Shown here piece by piece: positions 38,056 to 50,658 of a stretch of DNA of 64,000 nt. Position 1 is the first letter of the stretch. Every line of letters begins with the position of its first letter. The stretch is from Octopus sinensis (lineage: Eukaryota). Both the position numbers and the translations under genes were made by a program. The stretch lies in the NCBI RefSeq assembly GCF_006345805.1, contig NW_021834951.1, positions 2,287 to 66,286 on the forward strand, in the 5' to 3' direction. The notes beneath the pieces are model-generated. The model was not told the origin of the DNA and did no database searches. It saw only the letters and a program-made list of their open reading frames with translations.

Positions 38056-38337
38056 TGCTAGTATATATATATATATATATATATGCAACCCATAGGTATG
38101 GAACCTGTATGGAAAACGGATGTTAAACGATGGTGATGATATATATATATATATATTATATATTTTTTTTTTGTGTATGTATGTATACACGTGCATGTGT
38201 GTGTGTGGGTGTTGTACCCGACATTTTCAGTCGATCTATCGATAACCATGATCGCACCCAAACGCGTATTTGAAACAGCTGTAAGCCTATAAATACATAA
38301 ATGTATATAATCAATCATTTCTGTCTATTTTATAAAT

Positions 38338-38496
38338 ATGGCGTGGCTGTGTGGTAAGAAGCTTGCTTCCCAACCACATGGTTCCGGGTTCAGTCCCACT
38401 GCGGGGCACTTTGGGCAAGTGTCTTCCACTATCGCCTCGAGCCGACCGAAGCCTTGGGAGTGGATTTGGTGGACGGAAACTGAAAGAAGCCCGTCG

Positions 38497-38533
<37 letters not shown>

Positions 38534-38745
38534 ATGTGTGTGTGTAAGTTTGTCCCCCCACCATCGCTTGACAACCGGTGTTGGTATGTTAACGTCCCCT
38601 AAATTAGCTGTTCGGCAAAAGCGAACCGATAGAATAAGTACTAGACTTACAAGGAATAAGTCCTGGGGTTGATCTGTTCGACTAAAGGCGGTGCTCCAGC
38701 ATGGCCGCAGTCAAATGACTGAAACAAGTAAAGAATAAAAGAATA
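38338..38745 (+). mobile_element. Full-length SINE family A
   Basis: Matches the 22195, 53077 and 59828 copies. Confidence 0.92.
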
Positions 38746-39481
38746 CACACACACACATACATGCACACATAAAATCCACAATTGTTATACACACATACAC
38801 ACACACACATATATATACACACTATATGTGTGTATGTCTGTTTCTTTCATCCTCTCTATCCCCCCACACACACTGACCAGTATGAATGAGATTTATTGAA
38901 CAAATTACTAAACATTCGCGCCGGCCACTCACCTCCGCCCCTCCCGCACCAAAACCGCCCCCACACCCTCTACAACTCCGGACAGGTGAAACATCGACCG
39001 CAGCTGGAACCTTCCTTCCGCCCTTCCTCTAAACCTGTGGTAGACCCGGCAATGACACGGGAGGGGAGAGAGGGTAGAGGGGTGAGTAGGACGGTCGTAG
39101 CGGCTGAGGGAGGGGGATAGAGAGGATGGGGGTGGGGTGGATGACAAGGGTGATGAGTGATGATGATGATATTGCAAGTGTTGTTCAGTCATGATGAAAA
39201 AGACAATCCAGTTCTGACCACCCCATCTTATTATCAGGCACAATATATCTTGGACTAAATTATTTAATGTGTCCTTGCTTTTTTTCTTAGCAAGCTGAGA
39301 GACCCTGGGGGCATGATAATGATGATGAATTCTAACTTTTGCACAATGCCACACAGTTTATAGTGTGCTGACCCGCAACGTATCACTGGTAGTTCACCCT
39401 TGAGAGTGAGCCCTATTAAGATTTGAAGTGACATGACCAACAGCATTATGAGACTTTTAATAATAATAATAATAATAATAA

Positions 39482-39645
39482 TTCGTTCGTTTATTGGCCA
39501 CAAGGGCTAACAAAAATCAAATAAAACATGTAAGGACAGAGAAAGAAAAGTCCGTGTAAAAATGCAAGATAACAACGAATATATAACAAGTAAAACCTCC
39601 CAATAGTGGGAGGCGCTTCAAAAGGTTACTCGTGGAAAAACCCAT
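39482..39645 (-). mobile_element. Probable LINE 3' UTR fragment
   Basis: Minus strand ends ttagcccttgtggccaataaacgaacgaat, similar to the 24418 LINE end. Confidence 0.5.
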
Positions 39646-39654
39646 CTACTAAAA

Positions 39655-40453
39655 GCACAAGGACTGAAATTTGGGGGGAGGAGATAGTGGACTACATCGA
39701 CCCCAGTGCGTAACTGGTACTTAATTTATCGATCCCGAAAGGATGAAAGACAAAGTCGACCTCGGCGCCATTTGACCGCGGAACGTAAGGACGGACAAAA
39801 CGCCGCTAAGCATTTTACCCGGCGTGCTAACGATTCTGCCAGATCAACGCCTTAATAATTATTCCAAATTTTTGCCATAAGGGCATCTTGGGAGAGGTGG
39901 GGATGAACCGATTACGTCGACCCCAGTTCTCAACTGGTACTTTTTTAATCGACACCGAAAGGATGAAAGGCAAAGTCGACCTCGGCGGAATTTGAACTCA
40001 GAACAATAGCGACGGGCGAAATACTTATTTCTATTTCTTTACTACCCACAAGGGGCTAAACACAGAGAGGACAAACAAGGACAGACAAACGGATTAAGTC
40101 GATTACATCGACCCCAGTGCGTAACTGGTACTTATTTAATCGACACCGAAAGGATGAAAGGCAAAGTCGACCTCGGCGGAATTTGAACTCAGAATGTAAC
40201 GGCAGACGAAATATCTATTTCTATTTCTTTAGTACCCACAAGGGGCTAAACACAGAGAGGACAAACAAGGACAGACAAAGGGATTAAGTCGATTACATCG
40301 ACCCCAGTGCGTAACTGGTACTTATTTAATCGACCCCGAACGGATGAAAGGCAAAGTCGACCTCGATGGAATTTGAACTCTGAACGTAACGGCAGACGAA
40401 ATACCGCTAAGCATTTCGTCCAGCGTGCTAACGATTCTGCCAGCTTGCTGCCT
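39655..40453 (-). mobile_element. Head-to-tail array of four SINE family B units
   Basis: Units at about 39655-39853, 39862-40024, 40025-40214 and 40215-40453. Confidence 0.92.
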
Positions 40454-41994
40454 TAATAACAACAACAATAATAATCTCTAAGATTAGCAGCACAGGGTGG
40501 CACATTTTGGAGCTGGAGGATGCAATGAGCCTAATAAAGCTCTGTTTTACTGGTATTTCTTTCACGGATCCTGCTGTGATTTGAACTCCTCACAACTTGG
40601 CTGCAACACCACCACCCGATGTCCCTCGAATATTGCACATACAGAGGCTTGACAAAGGTGTACTACAACATAAGCCACTGCAATTGCACCACTATCACAC
40701 TAGCCTCATTCCAGCACCACCACCACCTCATACCACTGCAACACCACCTGTCCAAGGTGGACGTGGAAATGTTTAGTACCAGAGGGGAAAACATTGATAG
40801 GGTGGTGGTGGTGGGCGTGGAGGAGATGGCGGGTGATACCGTGGTGATGATGATGATGATGGTGGTGATAATGATGATGGTGGTATCAATAATAGAGATG
40901 GTGGTGGTGGTGGTGTTGAAGGAAGAGGAGAAGAAGCTGTCTTCTTGCTCTTATTGTCATAAAACAATTGTTCTTACAAGGAAACTTCTGGACGGGTGGC
41001 GGCGGGTGGAGGAGAGGGGGGGCAATAAAGTTATGAACTTTAAAGTGGGTGTGGTTGAGGAAATTAAGGAGTTGCTACAGCAGTAAGGACCCGGGGGGGT
41101 GGAGGGGTGGAGAGGTGAGTGGAGGGGAGGGAGTCTTTTAGTTGTCTTTCAGATGAAGAGTAAGGCGGAGGGAGGGGGGCAGGTTATTGATGGAACAGCA
41201 TCACACTACCTCCACCACCACCACCACCACCACTACCGTGTCAATGCCACCATATCACCACTGTGACTGCTACTGCAACCCCCCCATCCTGTCACCACCG
41301 CCACCACCAAGGTAGGAGTGTTAGAAAGGAAAAGGGGGGAGGTGTGCGAGTGAGGGTGGGGGTGAAGGTGTTTACTGGGATTTTATAGAATTTGAAAAAG
41401 GAGCAGACAAATGCTGACTACCCCTCCCCCCCGCAGCTCCCCCTGCTAACTGCCACCTGACCCAGCTAGCTATAGAGGTAAGGGGGAAGAGATAGGGGGA
41501 AGAGATGGGGAAGAGATAGGGGGGGAAAGAGGGACCAGCTGCAGGGGAGACATATGTATAGTTATCTTGTAAAACGACGAAGGGATACAGAAGCACTTCA
41601 CCGCATCACTTCACAGCAGCCCCCACTCGACTTGCTTCACTCCAACTCACCTCAACTCACATCAAATCTCTTTACCTGACCACATCCCTCACTCCTGAAA
41701 GCAATCAGTTCCCAGTCAGCAGCGATGAGGAAAAACCACATCTACCTGTCCAACCCACCAGGTGTGAAACTGGTGTTAACACAGTGATAACATTCGTGAC
41801 AAGGCATGAAGACCCTCGACCTATCTTAGCTACGATCGGACTGGATCACTGCTCCTTCGCCCAGGACTGTATCAGCCCATCTGTGAAGCCCAGTGATCAA
41901 AGATCCAGCCTCACCATCACCTCACCGCTCCCTGGGTCTCTGACGGTTAGGTTCCATTGTTTTCACCCATCACTCACCATTGCTCATACCTATT

Positions 41995-42212
41995 TTTTTA
42001 TTACTCACAAGGGGCTAAACACAGAGGGGACAAACAAAGACAGACAAACGGATTAAGTCGATTATATCGATCCCAGTGCGTAACTGGTACTTTATTTAAT
42101 CGACCCCGAAAGGATGAAAGGCAAAGTCGACCTCGGCGGAATTTGAACTCAGAACGTAACGAAAGACTACTAGGCATTTTGCCCAGCGTGCTGACCCTCC
42201 TGCCAGTTCACC
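41995..42212 (-). mobile_element. SINE family B
   Basis: cacaaggggctaaacacagagggg...ggcaaagtcgacctcggcggaatttgaactcag. Confidence 0.9.
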
Positions 42213-42397
42213 AGTTATTTTATTTATGTTTAACAACTGAATGATTTTAATAAAAGCATCCAAATACGAAACATCATGAAAATTGCTCAAAGCTGAAGTC
42301 CTTCTTCAGCAACGAATTTTTCCATTCGAGTCGATACAGAATTACAGATAGTATTTACGAAAATTTGATCACTGCTGTCGGTCGACTTTTGCCAATC

Positions 42398-42446
<49 letters not shown>

Positions 42447-42613
42447 ATATATATAATAAGATATATATATAACGGGAAACTTTTATGAAAATAAACAAAA
42501 GACGAAGGCAGGTGGAAAACAAACGAACATTGTATAGTATATATATGTAGGTCCCGGGTTGAGTCGGGGTTACCACAGTAAATAAGGTACTCAATACATA
42601 GCAGAGTAAATTA

Positions 42614-42740
42614 ATTTATTATATAGAAGGAGCTTCTACAGGACTAGAACTGTTTCATTCAAAAGAATCATCAGGAAGCGCTGATGATTTCTTTTGATGA
42701 ACAGTTCTAGTCCTGTAGAAGCTCCTTCTATAAAATAAAT
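42614..42740. repeat. ~60-bp inverted duplication of the hammerhead segment
   Basis: Arms 42614-42674 and 42681-42740 are reverse complements (3 indels, 1 substitution) around the spacer gaagcg. Confidence 0.9.
42632..42679 (-). ncRNA. Type I hammerhead motif with looped stem III, intact core
   Basis: Minus strand: GCTTC-CTGATGA-TTC tttt GAA-t-GAAA-CAG ttctagtc CTG-TA-GAAGC. Confidence 0.8.
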
Positions 42741-43900
42741 ATATATAATAATATATATATATATATATATATACATATAAAGGCGTGGATGTGTATAATA
42801 GATGCTTGCTTCTAACCACATGGTACTGGGGTTCAGTCCTACTGCGTGGCACCTTCTGCTATAGCCTCGGGCCGACCAAAGCTTTGTGAGTGGATTTGGT
42901 AGACGGAAACTGAAAGAAACCCGTCGTATGTATACATGTACGTGCACGCTCTCATCATTATTTCCTTCCTCGTGTTATGTCCGTCTTCCATGGGTTGGCG
43001 GGTTGAACAAGATGCATTGAGCCAGAGCCCTTTCTGACCCCTCCACTGTCAGTTTGGCATCGTTTCTATGAGCCGGTGTGCTTCCTAATGTCAGTCATAT
43101 AAAGTGTACTGATTTTAGGGTTTTTTTTTTTATGAGACCAAGGTAACTGGCAAGGCAAAGAAAAAGAAGCTCCCTCGTCCGTGTGGTGTTGTAGCAGAGA
43201 GGGAACGGCTTTATGCCAGGTGTTGAGAGGAACGGGCACAGATGTCTTACAATGGAAGAGTTACACGGTTACCCAGCATTATGTAATGGGTGGATGGAAG
43301 TAGCTGAGATGTTGGTGATGAGGTGTTGGGGCATACTTTCAAGGTTACAGGAAGGTGAGTATAAGGGAGAATATGGTCCAGACGAGTGGGAGAGGAGAGA
43401 GACAGGTGACTAGAAATGGAGCTAGAGGTGAATGTAGTGAACGATACAAAAAGGTGGAGAAGTGATGAATAGTAAATATTAGTAGCTAGCAGGGTGGGGT
43501 AAAAAAAATAGTCCAGAAAGGAGGTGATAAGTTGCAGTAGAAAAAGGATGGAGAGCAAAATCAACCTGTAGAGAGATCAGAACACAAGATGGGATGGTCG
43601 AGTGGAGGAGGGAGTGAGTAAGGACAGAGATGGAGGCCAGAGGTATGTAGTGGAGGCTATAGTGAGTGGGGGTCAAAGGTTGAGGCAGCTGTTGATAGTA
43701 GATACGAGGACGTTGAAGATGGGGTATGAAAATCGTAAAATGTTGCTCAGAGGAGAGGGAGAGTTACCGGAAGGAAAAGACAGAGGTGAGCAGCAAGAAA
43801 TAAAGAGGGAAGAGACAGTATTCGGAGTGTCTTCACTCCTATTTTTAGCAAAGCGGGTGCTTATTTAGTACCCTATCATATATAAATATATTTCTGTTTT

Positions 43901-43932
<32 letters not shown>

Positions 43933-43964
43933 TATTATATATATATATTGATTTTATATATATA

Positions 43965-44197
43965 TTCCCTCTTTTACGGTACTTCGCGTCAGCTCTCCAC
44001 GGTTGCCGGCAACTGCTTCCCAACCGCTATATTGATGTTGCAGGCTCCATGTCCCTTTTGCAAACATCCTTGTAACGTAAGATCGGACTACACAGCCACA
44101 GCAGGAAATGTATCAGGACATGAATGTAAAAGCCGGACTAGACTATTTTATGCGCAACTCCATTGTCTCCCAACAGAAAGGATGCCAACAACAACAA
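43965..44197 (+). mobile_element. RTE-clade LINE 3' end
   Basis: 44082-44111 encodes IGLHSHSRKC (RTE C-terminal motif), followed by ccattgtctcc...aaggatgcca(aca)n. Confidence 0.75.
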
Positions 44198-44209
44198 TAT
44201 ATATTATAT

Positions 44210-44240
<31 letters not shown>

Positions 44241-44569
44241 TATATTTATTGATTTTTACCCTATACGGCTTTTATGCTTGCAGCCACTAACGTTATTATT
44301 TTTACGAATAATAATGTTCTTTTATATATATATGAGAATAAGGGATCGCTGTTAAATGAGGTGGTTCCAAGGAGAGGGGGGGTAACTGGTACCAGAACGG
44401 CGATGAAAGGTGAAAGAGGCTGAATGATGTCATTGTTAGAAGAGTGTTGGCGGGATGGCTGTCAGGAAAAGGAAAGGTGGGAGGGAGGGAGAAAGCTTGA
44501 TGGGGACAGATTGGATGCAGGGCAGGGACCACTGTTTGTACAGACAGAATCCTAATGCTTTTAACACCT

Positions 44570-44724
44570 CCCTTCCACTGTGACAGGGGAGTTTTATTGA
44601 GCACTGTGAAATGCTGATGGTCTTGGTCCTTGTCATTTCCCACATGAGACAACATTTTGAGATCAGCCTTCACTATTTTGGCCCATGTCTTTCTGGGTCC
44701 CTCTTTTGCACAAGTTCCACCCAT
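44570..44724 (-). mobile_element. Decayed RTE-type LINE C-terminus
   Basis: GTCAKEGPRKTWAKIVKADLKML resembles the G.R.RGRP.KTW...V..DL motif. Confidence 0.6.
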
Positions 44725-44883
44725 TTTAAACGATCGACGATACGCTACAATACGAATTAGGGCTCAATATTTCAACAACACTAAACTCCCATATTCCTGT
44801 AATGCATTATAAGAACTGGCATAAATTTGAATTTATGCAGCTGAAACATGATGAAAAGAGCCGCATCGTCTCATCAGATAAAT
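44723..44883 (-). ncRNA. Inactivated hammerhead motif with very long stem II
   Basis: Minus strand: atttat-CTGATGA-GACGATGCG[~117 nt]CGTATCGTC-gatcg-TT-taaaat. The 9-bp stem II is present but GAAA is missing. Confidence 0.55.
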
Positions 44884-44983
44884 ATATCGAAATATCTTTT
44901 TATTTTCTACTGAAGGGATGGTTTGTTTTTCTGAACAGACTATTGAAACAATTGTAAAGACTCAAAATATCCATTGACTTAAA

Positions 44984-45018
<35 letters not shown>

Positions 45019-45020
<2 letters not shown>

Positions 45021-45557
45021 TATTCAGTAGCTTTATTTTTATATCGTGCTTTCGCTTCACTACCGAGCGCAGTTCTGTGTGCTTTGGGTATGTGCTGTGG
45101 TTTGTTGTGGTGATCTTATGGTTACTGTATTGAAAGTGCATTGCGTAGGATGTATGCAGTGCCCAGTAGTGCAATTTTCTGTATGTTATATGTATTTGTA
45201 AGTCCTGGTGTTTTTGTTATGTATTTGTCTGAATATTTTTTTTTAACATGCCTAATGCACCTACTATGATAGGAATTGTTTCTGTTTTCAGATTCCACAT
45301 TCTAGTTACCTCTATTTCCAGGTCTTTGTATTTTGAAAGTTTCTCTATTTCTTTTAGAGAAACGTTGTCGTCTGCTGGTATTGACACATTAATTAGAAAG
45401 CATTTTTTTCTTCATGATCTCTGACAACTATATCTGGCCTATTAGCCTTAATTTCTCTATCTGTATTTATTGGCACATCCCATAGTGTGGTTACTTTCTC
45501 GTTTTCTCTGACCTTTTCTGGTGTGTGCCTATACCATCTTTTTTCTGTTGTTATTCC
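45019..45557 (-). mobile_element. Second 5'-truncated R4/Dong-like element
   Basis: Minus strand reads WYRHTPEKV...LWDVPINTDREIKANRPDIVV...KLSKYKDLEIE...PIIVGALG with frameshifts. Flanked by (ATT)n on both sides. Confidence 0.88.
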
Positions 45558-45576
45558 TATTATTATTATTATTATT

Positions 45577-45698
45577 ATTATTATTTAAAACAGTTTGATT
45601 CAGCCCCCTTCGTAGGCTCCTTACAGAATCCTAGCTCGGCAAGTTCGGGTACCTCTGAAAGTTGCACGGGATAGGATGAAACTGTTTTAAATAATAAT
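45577..45698. repeat. Short inverted-repeat (MITE-like) element
   Basis: attattatttaaaacagttt (45577-45596) pairs with aaactgttttaaataataat (45679-45698). Confidence 0.55.
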
Positions 45699-45882
45699 AT
45701 AACCCCCAACTAGATGTGTTCAGTGCCTCTTTGCTTCGTTTGTCCACTCACCAATGTGTGCGTGTGTGTGTGTGTGTGTAAACGTATAATCACATGTTGA
45801 TATATATATACTGTTAAATACGTAGTTATAAGTTGAAATATGTATATTATATATACTGAGAGCATGTCTCATATACACTACA

Positions 45883-46285
45883 TCTCTCTATATATAAACG
45901 GCAAAATGTCTGTCTGTGGTGTTTGTGTGTGTGTGTGCGTGTCCTTTTTACAAATCCACAATTTTTCAGCTAGAGGGCTCGCTCTTTCTTGGTCATTCAA
46001 ACCGTCCAAGGGTGGTCGTGCACTCTTTACATTTCCCCAGTCACCCCGAAAGCCATTAAAAAATCAATAAAGTGACTTTTTTGGGAATTTGAGCCAAAAC
46101 TATCAAATGACACACTAATCCGAACTGGACATCAAGCGCCGAAGCTTGATACGCCAATTGAATGCCAGCGAGCTGTATGTGATTGGTCGGAGATTTGGAC
46201 AGTACTCGCGTGTATGTGCACACGTACGCAGCTGTGTATGCATGCACTAGCACTATGACCCGACGTTGCCAGGTCATAGTGCTAG
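45883..46285 (+). mobile_element. Non-autonomous Helitron
   Basis: A|TC 5' end followed by a (GTCT)/(GT)n tract, 3' CTAG|T, and a perfect 15-bp terminal hairpin (46246-46260 with 46272-46286). Confidence 0.8.
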
Positions 46286-48550
46286 TAATGTATATTATAT
46301 CTAATGACTCCTGCATGAATCCATGACGTACTTTGAACTGGTTGTTAAAATTAGGCATCCAGCAAGACAAAACACCGCTGAACTTACAACATTTGACATG
46401 CACCAAAACCTGCATACTACAACTAAAACGGACACAGATTACCATAGAACACATGCACGTACAGTTGCAATAACACTTCTATACACATGCTGGACACATG
46501 AAGCACAATTAGCTTTCGCAGCTCTATGCAAAAGCACAGCGCTGGGATTTAAATATTAAAATCAAATACAGCTCTTCTCCATGCGCAAAACATTGCAGCC
46601 ATACGAAAGTTACATATAACAATACTTCACACACATACATACATCTGTGCCTCTGTATATGTGTGTGTGCGTGCGTGTGTGTGTATACACACACACACAA
46701 ATATAAACAGAGATATATACACACATACATACACAAATGTCTATTTATTGTAATGGGTCTACTGTCTAGAGTTTTAAGCAAACTATTTATCAAACTAAAT
46801 CATATATCACAAATCTCTTTGTATGACTGAAAGTTTAATTATTCTAGAAACTTCGACCGAAAATATATTGGATAAAGTAAAATTTTCAAAATTAACCAAC
46901 TAAACTAATAAACCAAAACTGTTATAGTCACAAATATATACATACAGTTACGCGAGCACGCACATAGGTGTGTGTGCGTGTGTGTGCATGTGCGTATGTG
47001 TGTGTGCATGTGCGTATGTGTGTGTGTATTAAACGCTACCTTCCTCAAAACTTGAATTCTGACAAGGTCATTACTACCGAAACAATCTAGCAAGTTGTAA
47101 ACTATAATCACACACACACACATACATACACACAAATTTGCATATATCTATGTTTGTAAATAAAAATAATATGTGTTATGAGCATACATAACCATGTGTT
47201 TGTGCATGTATGTGTATGAATGTGAGTATATATATATATGTATGCATGTTTAATCATCCCACAAATAAAGCATTTTTGTACCACTATGCGGAGAGTTTAG
47301 TATTTCTGGAACAAAACATAAACACTAGAAGACAATGCGAAATGGTACCTGCGCTACTGATCCAAACAGAAGGATGCATTGCGTGGGCTCAGTGGAGGAG
47401 CAGTCTAAAAGAAATATTAAGACAGATCTTATAGTTGAGCCATAATTTCACAATATCACAGTTTGGGGTCAACATCTGCGAAACAAAGGAACAAATATGG
47501 GTGATAATCAAAGACTGGCACTTTGGTGGAATTGGGTGCAAAAGAATGTAGATATTTCTGAAATGGCAATGATGATGACGAAGATGATGATGATGATGTT
47601 AGGGTGATGCCATAAATTTAAAAGTGACCATTCAGCTTTTAGTCCTCATTATATCGCTGCTACAGACATTATCAATAACCTCAGATAATCTCAGGAGATT
47701 ATCTCTGGACGATGAAACTCGTTCTTAACAAGCATTAATCCATTAATCCCGGAAATATTAACAAAACGGAAAATGGATGAACAACAAGAAAGGGACGGAG
47801 AGGGGGGAGAGAGGAAAGAGGGGGACCAAAACAGCAACAATAACCAAAATAAGATTAACAAAGAAAGGAAGTCAGGAAGGAACATGAGGAGTAGTAGGAG
47901 AGTACAAAATGGGTGAAGACGTCTGGAGGAGTCGTTACATAATAAAGGGAGGGAGGGCGAGAGGGAGAGAAGATGAGAGGAGGATAGAGAGAGAGAGAGA
48001 GAGAGAGGAGAGACGGGGAAGGTAAGAGGGTGAGAGAGAAAGATATAGTGTTGGAGTTTTTGGAGAAGACTACAACCAGAAATACTCCGAGTAAACAAAG
48101 AGAAAGTTAGACGAGAGAAGAGGATTGCAGTTGTTGTTGTTGTTGATAGGTTGCACTGCAGACAACACACACACAACACAGACGCATGTCTATGTTGCCA
48201 CACACAAAGACCCATGCACAGCACCACACACACACACGTCACCACTACATGCTCGTGTACATTTTGCCCTCATCCTTATGCAGTTCACCCGAAAGCCTAC
48301 AGCAACACACACACTTGTGCGCACACACGTACAGATTGCCATGCATGCATGAGACTCGCAGACACAGATCAACTCCCATACCCACCCGACCCATTCCAAA
48401 GGGACAAGCAGAGATGTGTGTGGGGGGAGGGAGCAGTCTGTATGTGCATGCAATGAAAAGAGAGGGAGTAGTAGTAGTAGTAGCAATAGAAGAAGCTGTC
48501 TGTATGCATGTATGTGCATATATATTAACATACATACATATGTATACACA

Positions 48551-48603
<53 letters not shown>

Positions 48604-48949
48604 TATATAAACACACATATATACACATATACACACACACACCCACATAATATATTGTACAGATATGTTATACATATATATATATATATATACATGTACA
48701 TACACACACACATACATATGCGTATATATATGTATATATAGAGAAACATAATATGAAAAAACACACACACACATATATATATATATGTATATATATAATA
48801 TCTATAGATATATGTGTATTATATATATATATATTATATGTGTATATATATATGTGTGTGTGTATATATAGATATGTGTATATATCATATATAATATATA
48901 TATATATATTATTATATACATATATGTGTATATATCATCATCACATCAT

Positions 48950-49170
48950 CATCACATCATCGTTAACGTCCGCTTTCGCGCTAGCACGGTTGGACGGTTT
49001 GACCGTCTGGGAAGCCAGGGCCGCTCCAGGCTCCATCTGATCTGGCAAGATTTTCTACGGCTGGATTCCCTTCCATAACGCAACAACCTCCTTGATGGAT
49101 TGGGTGCTTTTACGTGCCACCTGCACAGGCCGGAGGGTCCGGCATCGTCACGATCGGATCTCGCATTTTA
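48950..49170 (-). mobile_element. SINE-like family C with (GAT)n tail, indel-rich copy
   Basis: Matches 57032-57340 and 60530-60780. Confidence 0.75.
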
Positions 49171-49649
49171 GTGTCACGGCACGGGGCAACGAGGTCCGGG
49201 GTACTTTGGGGATTGGGTATTTTGGGGATCCGGGTACTTTGGGCCGGGTACTTAGAATGGGTAGGGGGGGTATTAGAACTGGGTAGGGGGTACTTAGAAT
49301 GGGTAAGGTGACAGGCGGGAGGGTACTAAAAGGGGATGGCCGATTGAGGCAGTGTCGGAGGAAGTCGTAAGATCGGTGGCAGTTTGATGAGCTATGGCGC
49401 TAGCAGCTTGTCTTAACACATATAGGAGAATGTAGTGGGAGGAGGAGAGGGAGTATAGGGCGTACCCAGTGTAGATGAGTAAGGTGTATCCGGTGTAGAT
49501 AGAGAAACGGGGTATACTGGTATTGGTGGTGGGGGGTGAGAACAGTGTTTTCAACGGTATTGGTGGTGGGGGTGAGAACAGTGTTCACGGTATTGGTGTG
49601 GGGTGGGGGTGACATAGTTTATATGGTGGTGGGGTGGGGGCGGGCGCTA

Positions 49650-50153
49650 CCGCCAATGATGAAAGATGGTAAAAGATGGGATTACGCGAGGCAGCCTGCG
49701 GTATATTGGAGAGAGAAGATAGGCAGATAACACAAGTTATGGCGAAGGCTTGAAGTATCTTAAAAAAGTTACGTTTCGTAACATGTAGAATAACGTATTA
49801 ACAACGATAAAAAATATAGTAGATAACTTTTTTAAGGACTTGCGGCGTCATCGCGCGGGAGTTGAAATTGAAGAAGAAGTGTTGACTGGGAATTTAATTG
49901 CAGAATCGTATATAATATTAATATGGCGGTTTCAAGTTTTAGATATACGAAGAAGAGGAGAAAAGAAGACCGCCAATGACTGAAAGATGGGAAAAGATGT
50001 GATTACTGCTGAGGACCTGCGGTAAATATTTAGAGAGAGAGATAGAAGATAAATCAAGTTTATGGCGAGGCTTGAAGTATCTTAAAAAAGGTTAAATTTT
50101 CGTAACAGTGTATGAATAAACGTATTAACAACGAATAAAAAATATAGTAAGAT
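49650..50153. repeat. ~175-bp direct repeat pair spaced ~320 bp apart
   Basis: ccgccaatga...aaaaaatatagtagata occurs at about 49650-49824 and 49970-50153. Confidence 0.85.
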
Positions 50154-50379
50154 ATATATATGTTTATATATATATTATATATATGTGTATATATATAATA
50201 TAATATATGTATATATATATCATATATATATATGTATAATCTATATATATATATATGTGTATAATATATATAATATATATGTGTATATATATATATGTGT
50301 ATATATATTATATATATATATGTTTATATATATATATATATATAATATATGTAGTATATATATATATATATATATAGTG

Positions 50380-50417
<38 letters not shown>

Positions 50418-50627
50418 ATACTATATACTTATAGATTCTGTATATACATACATACACACACAATACACAGAAATATACATATTATACACACACATATACA
50501 TACATACAGATATATATATATACACATATACACATGCATGCTATATATTTACAAATATGTAAGTGTATATGTACATATATATATATGTTATACATATATA
50601 TACATATATATATATATATATACCTAC

Positions 50628-50658
<31 letters not shown>

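Noticed and set aside
42294-42312. gctgaag-tcctt-cttcagc containing a reverse CTGAAGA
   Set aside because: A simple 7-bp hairpin with no stem II-GAAA-stem III downstream.
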